In this document: positions 57,984-64,000 of the stretch, one piece after another
How the letters are laid out: each line of letters begins with the position of its first letter
Numbering within the stretch: the first letter of the stretch is position 1
Assembly (NCBI RefSeq): GCF_009914755.1
Contig: NC_060926.1
Length of the DNA stretch: 64,000 bases
Reading direction: 5' to 3' (one strand)
DNA from: the human T2T-CHM13v2.0 reference genome, Homo sapiens
Notes under the pieces: generated by a model
Told to the model about the DNA's origin: nothing
Database searches by the model: none
Seen by the model: the letters and a program-made list of their open reading frames with translations, nothing else
Translations under genes and position numbers: made by a program

Positions 57984-59229
57984 ATGTCTGGTCAGTGGGG
58001 TAGATCACTATAACAAATAGAGTAACTACAAAACATTTGAAATACTGTGAGAATTGCCAGTATGTGACACAAAGACACAAAGGGAGCACACCCTGTTGGG
58101 AAAATGGCACTGATAGACTTGCTGAAGATAAGGTTGCCACAAACCTTCAATTTGTAAAAAGAAAAATACTCAATAGAAGAAGCCAAAACCCTGGCTGCAT
58201 CTACAGAGAATTACATACCCTCACTTTATATACAGATACAAATTCAATAGAGGAAACAGCACCCATGTATGTCAACCGTGGCTCTCCTGTTTGGTTCACA
58301 TTGAGCATGGGAAGACAGACAGTCAATAGGCTAGTACAGCGGTGTGCAAGTGGTGGCCTGCAAATCCTAAACAGGTGGGCAAACAAATTTAGCATAATCT
58401 GTGAAATGTGTTTTTACTGCACAGTAACATACAGTCACTACAATGACGTTAGCCAGGGGGTAGTGCCACCGGGTGTAGAGCTGTGTACAGCTTGCTGCCA
58501 ATACATTAAATACTAAAGGAGTTACACCTAATACTAGAATATGGGTAGATGCATGTAAATGTATGGCCAGGGAAATAAGCTGGTGATACCCCCGAGAAAA
58601 CTGTAGACACTTTTATAGTTAATGTGAGATGTTGCTTTGTAATTACTTCTCACTTATTTAGTCCTGTTTTGAATCTTTCAGTCTCTTCCAGTGCACAACC
58701 AAATTTTCAGGAATTTGGAAATGTGTCATGAGCACACAAAAGACACTGGATTTAAACAAATGTGAGTTATCATATGGTGTGGACTAAAACCATGTGAAAC
58801 CAAGAGCAATAGCATTAAGATGGATGATGAGGAGCAAGGGAAAATGGAAATGGCGAGACTGTGGCCAGTGTTAGGCCGACATTGCAGCAGATCTACATTC
58901 CGCCGTGAGAACAGACATGGGGACAAAAGCCCAGACCTGGTAAGTTCCTTAACCTATGATGCGAGTGAGGACTATGGGAAATCATTCATTCATTCATTCA
59001 TCTTTAAATCCATTAAGTAAGTGTTACTGAGCCTCTATCATATGCCACATGTTGTGTCCTGGGAGATGAAGACATCACAATAAGAGAAACTGTGTCTGTC
59101 CTCATTGAGCTGTTATCCTAGCTGGGGAGATGGACACAAACCAAGTAAACTGAGAAAACAAGGACAAGTAACAGTGTGTTATGAAGAAAGCCAACAAGGG
59201 GCTGAGATATAGAATGGTGTGTTTGGGAG

Positions 59230-59586
59230 ATGTTATGGATTGAATGTTTACATCCTCCCAAAATTCATATATTGAAGCCTTAACTCCCAATGTGAAGGTA
59301 TTTGGAGATGATACCTTTGGAAGGTAATTAGACCATGACCGTGGAGCCCTAAGGATGGGATATGTGCCTTTATAAGATGAGACCAGAGCTCTCTATCTCT
59401 GTCTCTCTGTCTCTCTCCAAGCAGGCACAAAGAAAGGGTCATGTGTGTGCATGCCTACCAGCCTGAAACAGTCCTCACCCAAAACTGGCCATGCTGGCGC
59501 CCTGATCTCAGACTTGCAACCTCTAGAATGTTGTGTAAGCCACCCAGTCTACAGAATTTTATTATTGCAACTTGAGCGATAACACA
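59230..59586 (+). mobile_element. MaLR solo LTR (MLT1A-like)
   Basis: tgttatggattgaatgtt...cccaaaattcatatattgaagccttaactcccaatgtg...taagccacccagtcta...taacaca. Confidence 0.85.
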
Positions 59587-60039
59587 GGAGGGAAGACTTG
59601 TAGTAGAGAGGGTAAACTGGGAAGGCTTCTAAGACCTCCTAAGTTTGACTTCCCTCCTCAACTCTTAGCACCCAGCAAAACAGCCTCTGGAGTTACATGG
59701 AGACTCCAGTTAGAGAAGCTCTGTATGTGGCCCTGTATCAAGTAAAAGGTCTTTATATTTTTCAAATGGATGAAGAGTGGTAGGGGATCACCAGCGTAGT
59801 TCAGAATAACCTCATAAAGAGAGCTTAAAGTCTCTCAGAGGTGAAAAAAGAATGTCTATTACTTAGAAGAACCAGTAGTGAGTGGTGTCAGAGAAGTAAA
59901 AGGAGGGGATTTCAAAGATTGTAGTTATTAGACCCACCATTAGATCATGTTAATTGATGTTTTAGTAAAGAAGCAAATATGTTACTACATCACAATTTAC
60001 ATGTGGACACCTTCCATTCTTATTCTCTTTTCTGTCTTT

Positions 60040-60258
60040 ACATTTCTCTTTACCCTATCACTAACATGCTGTATATTTTAGTGATTTTTCTCTCTGTCCT
60101 ATGAGACTATAAACTCCCTGAGGGCAGAGATTTTTGTCTGTTTTGTTCATGGCTGTATCTCAGAGCCTAGAACAGGCCTTAACCAGCACATAGTTGAACA
60201 AATGCTCAATAAACAGCTGTTGATCAACTGACTGATTTTTCAGTTGACTGACTGACTC
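60040..60258 (+). mobile_element. L2 3' end fragment
   Basis: actataaactccctgagggcagagatttttgtctgttttgttca...gcctagaacag...tgctcaataaa. Confidence 0.75.
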
Positions 60259-61217
60259 TTTTCTGAATAAAGCCATAAGCCCCTTTGTCATACAAATTCC
60301 CTCATATCCCTTAAAACACACCTAGCAGATGTCAGACATGTTGCAGATGACCAAGTGGATGTTGGTGATTGAACTGTCTGTCCAGAGTCCTGGACCTAAC
60401 CTTTCAGGGCTCTTTTTTTTCTCCTATTAACCCACGACTTACTGACCGTGAGAGAAATAGAGTCTGGATTGAAGACAAGCTGGTGTCCTGTAAAGAATGA
60501 GCACATAAAACAGTTCAGCAAGTGGCTTCTTTGATTTACTTGTGAAAAAATAGCAACAAAACATTTCAGCAAGGATACCACTCCTAGGTGGCTATGCAGG
60601 CAGCACTGAAGTGTAAAGGCACTCCTGAGGCCACAGTCATGCCAGATTTCCCCCTTTGTGAAATGAAACAGATATGACCCTACCTTGCAAGGTGGTTGTC
60701 AAAATCAGGGCACGGTAAATGCAAAGTATCCATGGCAATGCTTATACACAGGATGTGTTCACTGAATGATGACGATTTGAGAATGAAGTTGGGCAGCCCT
60801 CATCCAGTGCAGCCTCAGCATTGCTGGTAATAAATATGTGACCCATTCTAAAGCTCTCTTGGCAGCCTTATCTGATACAGATTCTGAGGTCACAGTCATT
60901 TCTTAAGGCCACAAGACCGTGCCAAGACCCACTCAGGTATTTTACGCAGTTTATTTCCTTCCTCATCCAGCAGCATCAATGACTTTAGACATTAAACATT
61001 GGAAGAATGCTTCTGTGTCATACTTTAAAACTGATTAGGACTGCGTCCAAAAATAACATCAAAAGAATTCTCCAGTTTCCAGATAGGAGCCAGTGCTGTG
61101 AGCTGTCCTAATGCCACAGATAAAACAAGAGGGGTGCTGCCATCTTTTCTAGGAGAGTGAATTCTCCTCTTTATATATGGAGGAAAAATTCTCTGCAGTG
61201 AGGAAATCATTGATTAA

Positions 61218-61673
<456 letters not shown>

Positions 61674-61907
61674 TGACTTTCCTTTTCTTCTCTCTCATGT
61701 TTGCCTGCTGTACTTAATCTTTGGTGAATCACTTTATTTTTTCACTTGCCTACTCCACAGTTCTTCCGAGTGAGATCTGAAGTTCTTAAGCTCCTTTTCT
61801 CTCCTGTGTGGCTCTTCTGACCTTTAAGATACAGTGGCTACCACTCTGGCTCAGAATGCTGCAAACCTCCCTTTTCCACCAAGTCCATTTAGTTTAGAAG
61901 AAGCTTT

Positions 61908-62263
<356 letters not shown>

Positions 62264-62539
62264 TAGGAAAATGGCATGCTCAGTGAATCCTTGTTTCCTT
62301 ACAGCCTGAAAGAGTTAATATGCAAACAGCACTTTATGAATACAAAGGATAGGCTGACATATTAGGGAAAATAGAGTGCCTTGTATGTTGCTGCCTCCTT
62401 CAGAACAATTTGAGGCTAAGAGAGCTCGTAGGCCTTAGCAGGTGTTGTTAGCACACACAGGGAGCCAGGAGAACCCCTTGGCCTCAGGGCCATAGCTACA
62501 TGCCCTCTGAGTTTTGTTAGGAAGGTCCTGCCCCTCCAT

Positions 62540-62880
<341 letters not shown>

Positions 62881-64000
62881 TGAGTACCCAACTCACCTCT
62901 CACCTCTGCTCCAACTTCTTGGCCAACACAACACATCAGAGAGAACTGGACCTTGGCTCATTCCTTTCCAGTGGCCAACCAGCCAAGAGAACACCTGCTT
63001 TTCATTCTCTTCAGGGAAGTGTGAACTTTTCCCTTGGGGCTATAACCTGCACCTATGCTATAACCCCCTTCCCCTCCACCACCACACATCTTGTAGCCTA
63101 ACTACAGAAGGTGCCCAAGAAACCCCCAAAGTTTGCTCCTCACAGTCTAGGGTCACCCCTCAGCTATTACCAAGCCAGGGAGTGAGACTCCATGGTGGAC
63201 AATTTATCTCTATAATTTTGTTTTCCTTTGTCTACATTTGGTCAGCATAAACACTTCTGAAAAATGGGCTGCAGCTGATGCCTTTTAGTTTAGTTCCCTT
63301 TAATGGGAATTTATAAAATGACTCTTACTATGCGGAACACATGTTCTAAGTATTCAGTTACTTGATGGATTGAAACAGTGCTGAGAGATATAGAACACAT
63401 GCTTAAAAATATTCCTAAAATGCCTAATTACCCTGTGGACCAATCAGATACATAATATACATTTTAATATACCATTTAATTGTTGTTTACCAGGAGACAG
63501 GAACCTTTCTGGTCTCTTGGGTTAAACTACAGATTTTTAGAAACTGTCTAAATACGTATTTACTTGATTCATTCTGATCTCTTGGGTGAAGAATCCTTTT
63601 TCCAAAGAAGTGGCTTTACATGCAAAACAAGACAATTAAATACTCTGAGGTGGTGGTTACTCATGAAAAGACAATGGCTTTATCTTTCATGATTCAGGGA
63701 TAAAAATCCCAAAGCTCAGCCAAGCCCCAGAGCCCTAAAAATAATCTACACTGGTAACTCTACATCACTGAAGCTCACCCACCTCAGAACAACTGAATAT
63801 TTTTTCATCATAACAATCTCTGATAAAAATGTTTAAATTGCATTATGCTGGCTTCTTTAAAAGAGAACAGTAAGGATTTATGACTGGATATTTCTACCTC
63901 CAGAACCCAGCAAGTCCAAGGGAGAACTCATTATCTCCCTATCTGAAAATCCTGTTTCTCCTCCCCAATTCCCGATCTCAAGAAATAGTACTGTATCCAC

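Larger units (their letters stand above)
55613..58160 (-). mobile_element. Tigger1 DNA transposon, near full length, decayed transposase
   Basis: TA plus terminal caggcatacctcagagatat; ORFs 57330-57626 ([21 protein letters not shown]...) and 55937-56212 match Tigger1/TIGD1-type transposase; frameshifted; right TIR not seen. Confidence 0.92.

Noticed and set aside
58037-58516. 159-aa ORF
   Set aside because: Begins antisense within the Tigger1 end at a TTG and reads into unique DNA with no recognisable domain.
60221-60248. Small hairpin tcaactga...tcagttga
   Set aside because: Lies in the simple-repeat tail of an L2 fragment; stem too short for a miRNA precursor.

Overview
Primate, almost certainly human, genomic DNA: about 25 Alu insertions, including an AluYa5 with all five diagnostic positions, plus L1, L2, MIR, MaLR/ERVL LTRs and hAT/Tigger DNA-transposon fossils. 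The main feature is a ~1.7 kb CpG-island promoter at ~31.6-33.3 kb. It carries CCAAT and GC boxes and two minus-strand GTGAGT donors, suggesting non-coding first exon(s) of a minus-strand gene whose first intron covers 1-31.7 kb, and possibly a divergent plus-strand lncRNA. A second, orphan CpG island lies at ~49.3-49.9 kb. I see no convincing host protein-coding exon, so I do not name the gene. The long ORFs are Alu, L1, Tigger1 or low-complexity products. I found no new multi-gene system. The most notable small-scale signals are a tailless U3 snoRNA retro-fragment with a target-site duplication, a candidate microexon/cassette exon with an unusual TGCA-motif cluster at ~9.6-9.9 kb, a young AluYa5 beside an inverted Alu, an inverted Alu pair around a (TA)n minisatellite, a signal-peptide-like uORF, and an SRE/NF-Y promoter layout. 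Repeat subfamily names come from remembered consensus sequences and boundaries are approximate.
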